Part shown: positions 11,904-24,130 of the stretch, one piece after another
How the letters are laid out: each line of letters opens with the position of its first letter
How positions within the stretch are numbered: the first letter of the stretch is position 1
Assembly: GCF_001194135.2 (NCBI RefSeq)
Contig: NC_069003.1
Coordinates: forward strand, 30,482,568-30,546,567
Length of the DNA: 64,000 bases
DNA from: Octopus bimaculoides
Taxonomy: Eukaryota
Direction: 5' to 3'
Made by a program: the position numbers and the translations under genes
The notes under the pieces: generated by a model
Database searches by the model: none
Told to the model about the DNA's origin: nothing
Seen by the model: only the letters and a program-made list of their open reading frames with translations

Positions 11904-13189
11904 NNNNNNNNNNNNNNNNNNNNNNNNNNNNNNNNNNNNNNNNNNNNNNNNNNNNNNNNNNNNNNNNNNNNNNNNNNNNNNNNNNNNNNNNNNNNNNNNN
12001 NNNNNNNNNNNNNNNNNNNNNNNNNNNNNNNNNNNNNNNNNNNNNNNNNNNNNNNNNNNNNNNNNNNNNNNNNNNNNNNNNNNNNNNNNNNNNNNNNNNN
12101 NNNNNNNNNNNNNNNNNNNNNNNNNNNNNNNNNNNNNNNNNNNNNNNNNNNNNNNNNNNNNNNNNNNNNNNNNNNNNNNNNNNNNNNNNNNNNNNNNNNN
12201 NNNNNNNNNNNNNNNNNNNNNNNNNNNNNNNNNNNNNNNNNNNNNNNNNNNNNNNNNNNNNNNNNNNNNNNNNNNNNNNNNNNNNNNNNNNNNNNNNNNN
12301 NNNNNNNNNNNNNNNATATATATATATATATATACCTTACAATCTAATAGTACAGTGGTTGTTTTTTTTTTCTTTCACTACACTCATGCATATATGCATC
12401 TTCATATACAAGCACTTACCGTCTCTCCTTACCTGTGTGTTTGTGTAGAGAGGGAGACTGACTGACAAACAGACAGACGATACATAGTCATTATGCGTGA
12501 AATACCAGGCAAAGCTATCAGCTTGTATTATTTTTATAACTTGCATTGTTTTGGGTTGTGTAAAAAAATATATATATATAATCAAAAGCACGTGTGTGTG
12601 TGTGTGTGTGTAATTAGTCCTATCTCAGGGTACTAAGCACCGGTATATATCACCAGCAAGCATAAGATAATCAGTAAGATAAAATATTGTATATATTGCA
12701 ATATGTGTGTGTATGTCTATATTTTTTCTTATATTTTCTATTTTTTTATTTTTTCTTATCTTTTATTCTTTTACTTGTTTCAGTCATTTGACTGCGGCCA
12801 TGCTGGGGCACCGCCTTTAAGTCGAGCAAATCGACCCCAGGACTTATTCTTTCTAAGCCTAGTACTTATTTTATCNNNNNNNNNNNNNNNNNNNNNNNNN
12901 NNNNNNNNNNNNNNNNNNNNNNNNNNNNNNNNNNNNNNNNNNNNNNNNNNNNNNNNNNNNNNNNNNNNNNNNNNNNNNNNNNNNNNNNNNNNNNNNNNNN
13001 NNNNNNNNNNNNNNNNNNNNNNNNNNNNNNNNNNNNNNNNNNNNNNNNNNCATGCTTGCACCTATATGTATATATATATGTGTGTGTGTGTATTCTTTTA
13101 CATGCTGCAGTCATTTGACTGCAATCATGCTGGAGCACTGCCTTATATTTGTATCTGTATGTGTGTGTGTGTGTGTATGTGCATACATG

Positions 13190-13233
<44 letters not shown>

Positions 13234-13451
13234 CATTGAGAAACAGGGGTGGGAAGGAGGGAGTAGCTGTTAGAGTATTTTTGTCTATCCCCCCTCTCTC
13301 CTTTGAGTGTGGAGGTTCTCATTTGTACCAGTAATACACTGGCATTCAGCTGACACGTGCCAGCTGTGGGTTATCTCCCACCCGATATCTGCTATTAATA
13401 GCTAATAGTGCATTGTCGTGTATGCTGATGTATTATGTTATATATACCATA

Positions 13452-13487
<36 letters not shown>

Positions 13488-13907
13488 CCATGTTTTTTAT
13501 CTTTGCAATTTGGAGCCCCTTTTTCATATCAACAACCCCTTTTGGCAACCTCCTAAGTCTCTGGTTTTCATTCTCACCATTGTCTGTCTGTCTCTCTCTC
13601 TCTCTGTCTCAGCACTGTTTACGATACCCTTCCACCACCCCTTAATATGGAGATCAGCCTCTCCCTTCATCCACTATGCTCCACTCCACTCCACTCCCCC
13701 TCCCCCAGTTTTCAGGCTCTATCACTTCCAACGCCAGCACCACCACCTCCACCATTTCTCCTCACACTGCTTCACCTTACCCCCTTCTACTACTCCGGTT
13801 GCAGAACTAACAGCCCCTACTTGATGTCTTAGGGAAAAACAAGTGTTTCTAGGAGGACCTGGAATGAAAGTTCCTATTTTTTAAGCAACACTTGACAACG
13901 CAGTAGC

Positions 13908-13946
<39 letters not shown>

Positions 13947-14181
13947 TCTAATTGCCACCATCATCATCATCATCACAATTGCTACCTCAGCCTTGTCGGC
14001 TAATCTCACCTCTTTCTCTCTCTCTCTCTCTCTCTCTCCCCTAATGTTGCCCCTCTATTATGCCCTATGTGTTTATACTACTTGTGTGTGCAGTTAAGTC
14101 AAGCAGAAGATACACTGAACATGTTTTCAAGTATGATGTAAAGTTTGGCTAATTAACCAATAAAAAGAACACCCACATATT

Positions 14182-14240
<59 letters not shown>

Positions 14241-15326
14241 TTATACATGTGTATTATATAAATAGACTGTATTGTATAAATAGATGTATGTTTATATATA
14301 CTTATATATACATTCATATTTCTATAAATTTATATATATTCATATTTGTATATATTTGTGTGTGCATGTGTATATATACACACACATACAATTATAGATG
14401 TAGTTCGTATATGTATTTGTTGATGGCTTAACCTTAACAACCTACTGCAACTTTGAAGTTACTGTCAACAATATTCTTGTTTTGGAGTAACCCATCGGAT
14501 TAATGTAAAACTGTTTTCATTACAACTGAACAGAAAAACAAACATAAATATATATATATACATGTTTTTTGAATCACATGTTTATATATGTGTGTGTGTG
14601 TGTGTGAGTATATATGTATATGTGCATGTGTGTGTGTGTATATATGTGTATGTATGTGTGTGTGTGTCTGTATACATGTGTATATATATATGTATGTGTG
14701 TATATATGTGTATATGTGTATGTATATATGTAGATGTGTGTATCTATATATATATGTGTATGTATATATGTAAATGTGTGTGTGTGTGTATATATATATA
14801 TGTGTGTGTGTGTGTGTATATGTACAGGTACGTCATATTTTCCGTTGTCTTTTTATTTAATCCTGAAAAAAAATATGTGGCTGTATGTTAAGTAGCTTGC
14901 TTACCAGCCACACGGTCTTGTGTTCAGTCCCACTGCGTGACACCTTTGGCATTTTATTCATTCACATATAATATATTAGGTTCATGGGTCGCTGTGTGTT
15001 AAGGAACTTGTTTCCCAACCATGTGGTCTTGAGTTCAGTCCCACTGTTTGACACCTTGGGCATTTGTCTTTCACTATAGCTTCAGGTCAACCAAAGCCCT
15101 GTGCGTGGATTTGGTAGATGGAAACTCTTCGAAACGCCAGTGTTAGAATGGTGGCAGCTGATGAAGGAAATGTTCTCTATGTGGCCTGTGTGTTTTCTGT
15201 ACTCTGTTTATCCTTTTGTCTACATTTTGTTAGCAGTCCTGTACCCAGATATGCATCTATATATACAGGTAGATGTAGGTATGTACATACATGTATGTAT
15301 ATATGCATATACTCATTTATTATTTG

Positions 15327-15375
<49 letters not shown>

Positions 15376-16463
15376 ATAATTAGTTGGTTGTCACAATAAT
15401 AATTACTAAGTCCAATGCATCCAAAGTAAGACCCTTCAAGGCAGTGCCCCAGCATGGCCGAAGTCTGATGNNNNNNNNNNNNNNNNNNNNNNNNNNNNNN
15501 NNNNNNNNNNNNNNNNNNNNNNNNNNNNNNNNNNNNNNNNNNNNNNNNNNNNNNNNNNNNNNNNNNNNNNNNNNNNNNNNNNNNNNNNNNNNNNNNNNNN
15601 NNNNNNNNNNNNNNNNNNNNNNNNNNNNNNNNNNNNNNNNNNNNNNNNNNNNNNNNNNNNNNNNNNNNNNNNNNNNNNNNNNNNNNNNNNNNNNNNNNNN
15701 NNNNNNNNNNNNNNNNNNNNNNNNNNNNNNNNNNNNNNNNNNNNNNNNNNNNNNNNNNNNNNNNNNNNNNNNNNNNNNNNNNNNNNNNNNNNNNNNNNNN
15801 NNNNNNNNNNNNNNNNNNNNNNNNNNNNNNNNNNNNNNNNNNNNNNNNNNNNNNNNNNNNNNNNNNNNNNNNNNNNNNNNNNNNNNNNNNNNNNNNNNNN
15901 NNNNNNNNNNNNNNNNNNNNNNNNNNNNNNNNNNNNNNNNNNNNNNNNNNNNNNNNNNNNNNNNNNNNNNNNNNNNNNNNNNNNNNNNNNNNNNNNNNNN
16001 NNNNNNNNNNNNNNNNNNNNNNNNNNNNNNNNNNNNNNNNNNNNNNNNNNNNNNNNNNNNNNNNNNNNNNNNNNNNNNNNNNNNNNNNNNNNNNNNNNNN
16101 NNNNNNNNNNNNNNNNNNNNNNNNNNNNNNNNNNNNNNNNNNNNNNNNNNNNNNNNNNNNNNNNNNNNNNNNNNNNNNNNNNNNNNNNNNNNNNNNNNNN
16201 NNNNNNNNNNNNNNNNNNNNNNNNNNNNNNNNNNNNNNNNNNNNNNNNNNNNNNNNNNNNNNNNNNNNNNNNNNNNNNNNNNNNNNNNNNNNNNNNNNNN
16301 NNNNNNNNNNNNNNNNNNNNNNNNNNNNNNNNNNNNNNNNNNNNNNNNNNNNNNNNNNNNNNNNNNNNNNNNNNNNNNNNNNNNNNNNNNNNNNNNNNNN
16401 NNNNNNNNNNNNNNNNNNNNNNNNNNNNNNNNNNNNNNNNNNNNNNNNNNNNNNNNNNNNNNN

Positions 16464-16528
<65 letters not shown>

Positions 16529-17406
16529 TATTCAGAAAATATAATGAAGACCGGCAATAACTTGAAGTGAGTTTAAGTTCTGCCAAGAAATGGCAGAAGA
16601 TTGGCCAATACTGGAAATCGACTCCACTTGATTAACTTAACATGAAATCCTGTACTTAACAATAAGCTTTGCCGAGATTATTATTTCTTGTAAGTTCTTT
16701 GTGTAGTTTACATAAGATGTTATTATGAAGTCAATACGAGGGGGTGGGGAGAGGAAAAACGCAAGAAATTTTCTTTTGTTACATATATATATTTTTGTTA
16801 ATGGGAATTTAGTACGGTTTAAAGCTATCTCACTGCCAACTTAACCCGTTTTCCACTCTGCTTAAGCATAGAATGATTAATATATTGTTAAGCCTTTAGT
16901 ATTCAAATTAGCTTGTCAAATATAATGCTAATTTATTCACATTGTTTAGAAATTAATCATACACTATCTTGTAGCTTTGAGATTTCGATGATGCATTTGT
17001 TTGTTTTTAGAATGACTTTGCAGGGTTGGTGTGAGAGGCCTGAGCTGGTCAGTTTCAACAGAAGACAGGTAGAATATTTGGGCCTGGTGTAGTCAGTTTA
17101 AGTGCTGAAGGGTCAAAGATTCCTATTTCAACATACAACTTTAACAGCATGATTGAATTTGTGAAGGATAAAAGCAGAGTAGAATTCCAGGAGCTTATGA
17201 TTAGAAGGTTATGAGTTCAATACCCATCAGGATATTGTGCCCTTAATGCTTCTATTCACTCAGCTGGCAAAAATGCATAGTACCTGTATTTCAAAGGGCC
17301 AGCTTTGTCACATTCTGTCCTACACAATATCACCCTAAGTGGTAGGGAATTTATTTGGTATTTTTTCTCCTTTTAGAAATAGCAATCAAATCTTCCTCAA
17401 ATTACA

Positions 17407-17624
17407 CTCTCTTTTACTCTTTTACTTGTTTCAATCTTTTGACTGTGGCCATGCTGAAGCACCGCCTTTTAGTCGAGCAAATCGACCCCAGGACTTATTC
17501 TTTGGAAGCCTAGTACTTATTCTATCGGTCTCTTTTGCCGAACCACTAAGTTACGTGGACGTAAACACACCAGCATCGGTTGTCAAGCGATGTTGGGGGG
17601 GCAAACACAGACACACAAGCATAT

Positions 17625-17681
<57 letters not shown>

Positions 17682-17845
17682 TACGATGGGCTTCTTTCAG
17701 TTTCCATCTACCAAATCCACTCACAAGGCTTTGGTCGGCCCGAGGCTATAGTAGAAGACACTTGCCCAAGATGCACGCAGTGGGACTGAACCCGGAACTA
17801 TGTGGTTGGTAAACAAGCTACTTACCACACAGCCACTCCTATGCC
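17407..17845 (-). mobile_element. SINE family A, full length and young
   Basis: Complete from the (ctctttta)n tail to the cactcctatgcc head, with an internal (TA)n tract. Confidence 0.9.
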
Positions 17846-18182
17846 TATGCTGTTGGTTTTTTTGTTTTTGTTAAATAAAAAAAGAACAAAAATAGGAAGG
17901 ACACATTGAATAATGTTGTCCCAGATATGTTATCTGAATAGAAGAAATAAAAATCAAGGTTGATGGCCACAGCTGGAATGCTATTCATCACTTGTCTGCC
18001 CAAATCATGCTGACTTGAGGGCAAGCAAAAGATCAAATCTAAGTGAAAACTTAACCAAATGTTGAAGAGTTCTGTTCAAATGAAACTTTAGCAGGGAAAT
18101 TCCAGTTAGTGTAGGGGCAAAGCATAACACCCTATGAAGTCAATTTGATTTTGTTTATGTGGTAAAAAGCAAGGCCCTGTCC

Positions 18183-18219
<37 letters not shown>

Positions 18220-18572
18220 CCCTTAATCATAAATTTGTTCAGTCAGCACTGCTCTAGGTATAACCACCACCTCCAACTACATCATCTCATCAGAAGGTCT
18301 GTACCCCTATCCCCACCATGTTGACATTTTGAATGGTTTGGGAGGAACTTAATTTGCTTAGAACCAACAGCATTTTTTTTTTTTTTCTTGATTCTAAGCC
18401 TAATATTGGTCTCTCTTGTTCACAGAACTCTTCCGCTACTAATTTTTCACTACATTGGTTAAAATCATGTTTCAGTGAGACCAAATTTTAGGATTGGTAT
18501 CACCCACTGCTAGTTAACGTTCTACCAATCCCCAAACAACTGATCTGCAAATTTACTGAGTCTATAGGTCAA

Positions 18573-19060
18573 CTCAAGTGTGATGTTTGACTCAAGTGTG
18601 ATGTTTGACTCAAGTGTGATGTTTGACTCAAGTGTGATGTTTGACTCAAGTGTGATGTATTGATTAACTCACTCAAGTATGATGCTAAATACATTTGTTA
18701 ATTCTCTCAAGTATGACACGCTAAACATATTGTTTAATTCTCCCAAATGTAACACTAAATATATTGATTAACTCAAGTATTACACTCTGAATGTACTGGT
18801 TAAATCACTCAAGTATGACACTAAATATATTGGTTAATTCTCTCAAGTATGACACTCTGAATATATTGATTAACTCACTCAAGTATTACACTCTAAATAT
18901 ACTGGTTAAATCACTTAAGTATGATTAAATATATTGGTTAACGCTCTTAAGTATGACACTCTAAATATATTGGTTAATTCATGCAAGTGTGACTTTCTAA
19001 TTACATTGTTTAATTCACTCAAGTATGACAAATGGAAGTACATTAGTTGATTGAGGTTAA
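18573..19060. repeat. Compound minisatellite: 18-bp unit x4.8 grading into about 11 degenerate 34-36-bp units
   Basis: CTCAAGTGTGATGTTTGA is perfect at 18573, 18591, 18609 and 18627 and partial at 18645. It is followed by ctcaagtatgacactctaaatatattggttaattca-like units. Confidence 0.9.
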
Positions 19061-19676
19061 GTATGGCCCAGTGAGTTAATTAGTCAACTCAGTCAAGCAT
19101 GACATAGAATTCATTAGGGACTTGGCCAAGTATAACATGCCGATCGATTTTTACTTTATTCTTCTATACTGATTTTGTTTTTTTTTCTCCAGTTTTCTTT
19201 TCCCTTCATTGATTTTCCTTCTCATTCCTTTCTTCCCTTAACCACACACACACACACATGTGGTGTCTGTGTTTTGCTTTATTTCCTTTAGTAGAACCAT
19301 TGAACCTCAGAAACAAACACCTTGGAGAAAAAAGAAAAAATTTTACGTTTGCTGGATCAATTCATGAAATAAAATTGTTTGATGGTTATTCTAGGATTGT
19401 ACATAGATGGAAAGCACTTTTAAGTTACTTCTATAGGTATTCTATAGATTTTCGAGCCAGTATTGAAAGTTATGATGTTTCATATGCGAATATGCCTATG
19501 TAAACAATGCAATCGAAGATAGAAAAATAGGTATTGGGTGTATATCCATATTTCAGAAGTTATTCCTCTTTCATCAGTACCGCATCCAACCCAGTAACCA
19601 TCCACAAATACATTGCTTAAAGGCAATTGCCTTAAAGTTTAGCGGTATAACAGTACTGGATAGACCAACTTATATA

Positions 19677-19904
19677 TTAACCCTTTTGTATTTAAACCAG
19701 CCATATCCAGCCAAAACATTCTACCTGCTTTATGTTCAAACTGGCCAGATCTGGTTGCTCATAGCTACCCTACAATATCTTTCTAAAAAATTAAGTTAGC
19801 TCATCAAATTCTCAAAGCTACAAGATAATGCATGAATCATTCAAAACAATGCGGATGAATAAACATGACTTTTGACAGAATAACGTGAAAGTTTAAAGGG
19901 TCAA
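19677..19904 (+). mobile_element. piggyBac-like MITE, intact copy (TTAA-CCCTTT...AAAGGG-TCAA)
   Basis: CCC/GGG termini with a TTAA target. Other copies lie at 4170-4373, 4378-4428, 4429-4600, 16888-17116 (-), 24266-24442, 29870-29918 (-) and 47960-48040. Confidence 0.75.
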
Positions 19905-21445
19905 ATACATTGAAAACACTTGGCATATACAGATAAAAATAGTTTGGCTTCAACAGTGGTTAAAAACAAAAATTAATGTTTTTTTGTTTTTTTTTTATAT
20001 TTTACTTTACCAAAAATTCCATGTACAATGCAGCAGGGTTTGGAAAGATAGTGACGCTGTTTGAATGATTCCACTGTGTACTATGTCGACTTGAATGCCA
20101 GAAAATAAAGCATTTTGTATCAGTTGACAGTTACAAGGACTGGGTAGGATGGCCATCAATGCAAATGGGTTAGTCGTAGTTCCACTGTGTGGCACCTTGG
20201 GCAAGTGTCTACTATTGTGCCAAGCTGACCAAGGCCTTAAGAGTGGATTTGTTAGGTGGAGCCTGAAAGAAGCCTGTCGTGTGTGTGTGTGTGTGTTACT
20301 GTAACTTTGAGTAGATATATGTGGTAGTTGTAAACAAGTGCCACTGTCATGCAAGCGGTGTTCTCTGTTTCCAGTCTTCTTTAGAAACCAGTCTGGTTAC
20401 AGAGAACTATTACCTTATTTGGAAACAGGTGAGGGGTTGGCGACAAAAAAAAGGCATCTGACCATAGAAAAATCTGCCTCGCCAAATTCCATTCAACCCA
20501 TGTGATTATGGAAAAGTGGACATTAAAACGATGATGATGATGATAATACATATATGCATGAAACGAAGAGGGATGAAAGTTCTTGGAATTCTGTGAGTGA
20601 CCTAACCATTGTAACAGTAAACTCCAGGAAACAGCCAGCCATCTGATCACCTACCACTTAGGCTAGCATACAAGCCAGAGAGACTTCAAAGTAATCAGGA
20701 AACAGGATAGACAGATGGCTATGAACGCTTTTTTTTTTCTTTTTCTCCCCCCCCCCTCCAGTGAAGTAATGTACCACTAAGCACAGACTAATGTTTAGTG
20801 ATATCAGAGTAAGAGCTAGACAGGTCGAGAGACACCAATGATCTAGAGAAAGGAAATATGAAGGTTGAAAGATGTGTCTTCTAGAACAATTGTTATCAGC
20901 CAGGGGCCAGATGGTCCCTGAATGTCCATACAAAATTTCTAGGGGTTCACACGACAAAATAGTAAATTGTGGATCCACGATAGTTTTTTTATTTTTTATT
21001 TTTTTCATTATTATTATTATTAAAAGAAGTATTTATAAAGGTAGTTTTGAAACATTGAATGTTTATGGGGGTCTGCCAGGATGAAATAGTAATCAAAGGG
21101 GTCTTTAGATAAAAAAAAATGGTTGAGAACCCCTGCACTACAAAAGGCTTCAGTAAAGTACCAGGTTGCACATATGTCAAAGGAGAGAGAGAGAGAGAAA
21201 GAACTTAGAAGACTTCTGTCTTATCTTTTATCTTTCACTTGTTGCAATCATTTTACTATGGCCATGCTGATGACCAAATTCACTCAAGAAGGCATTGGTC
21301 AGCCCGTAGCTACAATAGAAGATAATTGCCCAAGGTGCCACTCAGTGAGTCTGAACCTGAAACACTGCAGTTCCAAAGCTAGCTACTTAGCCACACAACC
21401 ATACATGAAAGAATCAATGAAACAACCTGCTACAAGGCACACGGC

Positions 21446-21589
21446 TATTCTTTTGGTACCAATGTACCCTATTCTTTTGGTACCAACGTACCTTATTCTT
21501 TTGGTACCAACGTACCTTATTCTTTTGGTACCAACGTACCCTATTCTTTTGGTACCAACGTACCTTATTCTTTTGGTACCAACGTACCT
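21446..21589. repeat. 24-bp minisatellite x6 with a palindromic TTGGTACCAA core
   Basis: TATTCTTTTGGTACCAACGTACC(C/T), six near-identical units. Confidence 0.95.
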
Positions 21590-21799
21590 ATAACCATCCC
21601 TGTTTCCATGATACAAATTTCTTGGTTTAAAGCGATCTCAGTCAAAACCTTCTGTCACAATCTCATGCCAACCATAGGACGTAATTTGCTGCTCATCCTG
21701 GAATACGAACCGTTAGCTTCTTGGTTTGGATGTCTTGCCCACCACCCTGCGTTAACTTCATTCTAGATTCTCACAGACCTGATACCCTGTTGTGAGAAA

Positions 21800-22103
21800 G
21801 TACTACTACTGCTGCTACTACAACTGAGACTACCATTACTATCACTAATTGTTACCACCATGACAACCACTTGCTTGTTTTCACCGCTACCACTACTTCC
21901 ACTACAACCACTTCTGATACTACAAACGCCACAACCACCACTGCTACTTGTACTATAACTACTACTGTGACAATTACTAACACCACCACCACCACACAAC
22001 TACCTGTACTACAACTACTACTACCACTTCTACACTGGTACTATATAACTACTATTACAGCCACTACTACTAACCTCACAACTATGTAACTGCTACCAAT
22101 GCA

Positions 22104-22135
<32 letters not shown>

Positions 22136-22400
22136 CCTCACAACTATGCAGCTATTAGCACTACCACCACCACCACCACTGTTAACCTCACAACCATGCC
22201 ACTACTCAACTATTACCACTACCACCACCACCACCACCATTACTGCTACTAACCTCACAACCGTGCAACTACTACCAGTGCCAACACTACTGCTACTACT
22301 ACTACTACAAACCTCACAACCCTGCAACTACTACCGCCACCACCACCACCACCACACCTACTGCTACTACTATTATTCGTTACCACTGTTGTTGTTGTTG
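21800..22400. repeat. (CAC/TAC)-rich cryptic repeat with a recurring aacctcacaacYRtgcaac motif
   Basis: The motif recurs at about 22071, 22135, 22183, 22251 and 22310. This tract is the source of spurious Thr-rich ORFs. Confidence 0.8.
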
Positions 22401-22780
22401 TTGTTAATTAAAGAGTTTTTGCATGGAAGTCGCAATTTGCCGTTTTTCGCAAATGCCACTGACTGNNNNNNNNNNNNNNNNNNNNNNNNNNNNNNNNNNN
22501 NNNNNNNNNNNNNNNNNNNNNNNNNNNNNNNNNNNNNNNNNNNNNNNNNNNNNNNNNNNNNNNNNNNNNNNNNNNNNNNNNNNNNNNNNNNNNNNNNNNN
22601 NNNNNNNNNNNNNNNNNNNNNNNNNNNNNNNNNNNNNNNNNNNNNNNNNNNNNGTTGATGATGAGGGGGAGGGGGAGGAGGAGGAGTAGGAGGATCGCAG
22701 TGGCAGCAAGAGGGATGGTCTGTTGGAGAGGTACTATCTGACAATATTATGTGTGTGTGGCCAGGTTTTGTTTTCAATGT

Positions 22781-22813
<33 letters not shown>

Positions 22814-22825
22814 TAATGATGATTA

Positions 22826-23145
22826 TTCTTTTACTTGTTTCAGTCATTTGACTGCGGCCATGCTGGAGCACCGCCTTTAGTCGAACAAATCGACCCCAGG
22901 ACTTATTCTTTGTAAGCCTAGTACTTATTCTATCGGCCTCTTTTTGCCGAACCGCTAAGTTATGGAGACGTAAACATACCAGCATCAGTTGTCAAGCGAT
23001 GGTGGGGGGGACAAACACAGACACACACATGCACACATATATATATATATATAAGACAGGCTTCTTTCAGTTTCCATGTACCTAATCCACTCACAAGGCT
23101 TTGGTTGGCCCCCGGCTATAGTAGAAGACTCTTGCCCAAGGAGCC
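22826..23145 (-). mobile_element. SINE family A, 5'-truncated
   Basis: Family A 3' and central blocks. Further partial copies lie at about 8316-8450, 8930-9050, 9505-9780, 12765-12875, 14870-15125, 15400-15470, 20160-20290, 21230-21400, 24720-24830, 38911-39058, 39600-39715, 47712-47955, 48250-48375, 52447-52612 and 60030-60270. Confidence 0.85.
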
Positions 23146-23489
23146 GTGATGATAATAATCCTTTCTACTCTAGGCACAAGGCCTGAAATTTGGGGGGGGG
23201 GGAGGTGCAGTCGATTTGATCGACCCCAGTATGCAACTGGTACTTAATTTATTTACCCAGAATAATGATGATAATGATAATTAATGACGATGATAATTAA
23301 TGATAATTATGACAATAATGATAATGACAACAATAAGGATAATAACATTGTTTGTTCTACCTCTTGAGCCCTCCTCCCCCCTCTCTCCCTCTCTCTCTCA
23401 CAAATATACATACATGTACACCCACCTACATGCACACCCACCCACACGCACACACACAATATTGATTACTATTGTCTGCAGGCTACACT

Positions 23490-24130
23490 AATTTAAAAGT
23501 AGTAGTAGTAGCAGCAGCAGTGGTAGTATTGTTTCTTAGTTTTTGTAGCAGGGTTTATGGTGGCGACGGTAGCACCAGTGGTAGTAATCGTGCTGATAGT
23601 TGTTTATGTTGTGGTGGTGGTAGTAGTAGTAGGGTACTGGTGATAATGGTAGTGGTGGTGCTTGTATTTTTGCAGCAGTGACTGTGGTTGTTGTTAAGGT
23701 GGTAGTAGTAGTGGTGGTGTGATTGTTGTTGTCAAGGTAGCAAGTAGTGTTAGTAATAAGAGTAGTGCTTGTAGTAGTAGTGGTGGTGGTGGTGGTGGTA
23801 AGCCATTGCTGAAAAGAATGTGTGTCATCTAGGGTGACCTGCGATGGTTGGTGGTTGTAGTGGTAGTACTTGTGGCAGTGGAGGTTGCAGTTTGTGGTGG
23901 TAGTAGTTGTGACAGTGGAGGTTGCAGTTTGTGGTGGTTGTAGTTGTGGCAATGGCAGTTGCAGTTGGGGGTGGTTGTGGTGGTGGTAATTGTGACAGTT
24001 GTTGTGGTGGTAGTAGTTGACAGTGGAGGTTGCAGTTGGTGGTGGTGGTGGTATGAGCTGAAGCTAACCATAATGATGATAGTTATGATGGCAGCAGTGG
24101 TGGTAATGATTGTAATGTTGGTAGTTCAGC
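23490..24130. repeat. (GTG/GTA)-rich cryptic repeat with a recurring gtggaggttgcagttt motif
   Basis: Complementary in composition to 21800-22400. Source of spurious Val-rich and Thr-rich ORFs. Confidence 0.8.

Noticed and set aside
15128-15175. GAAACG...CTGATGA arrangement resembling a permuted hammerhead
   Set aside because: No consistent stems I and II could be formed. It may be a remnant half of a PLE-type motif, but it is not supportable.
18573-21589. Short regular repeats as CRISPR arrays
   Set aside because: They are contiguous tandem units without unique spacers, in a eukaryotic intron with no cas genes.
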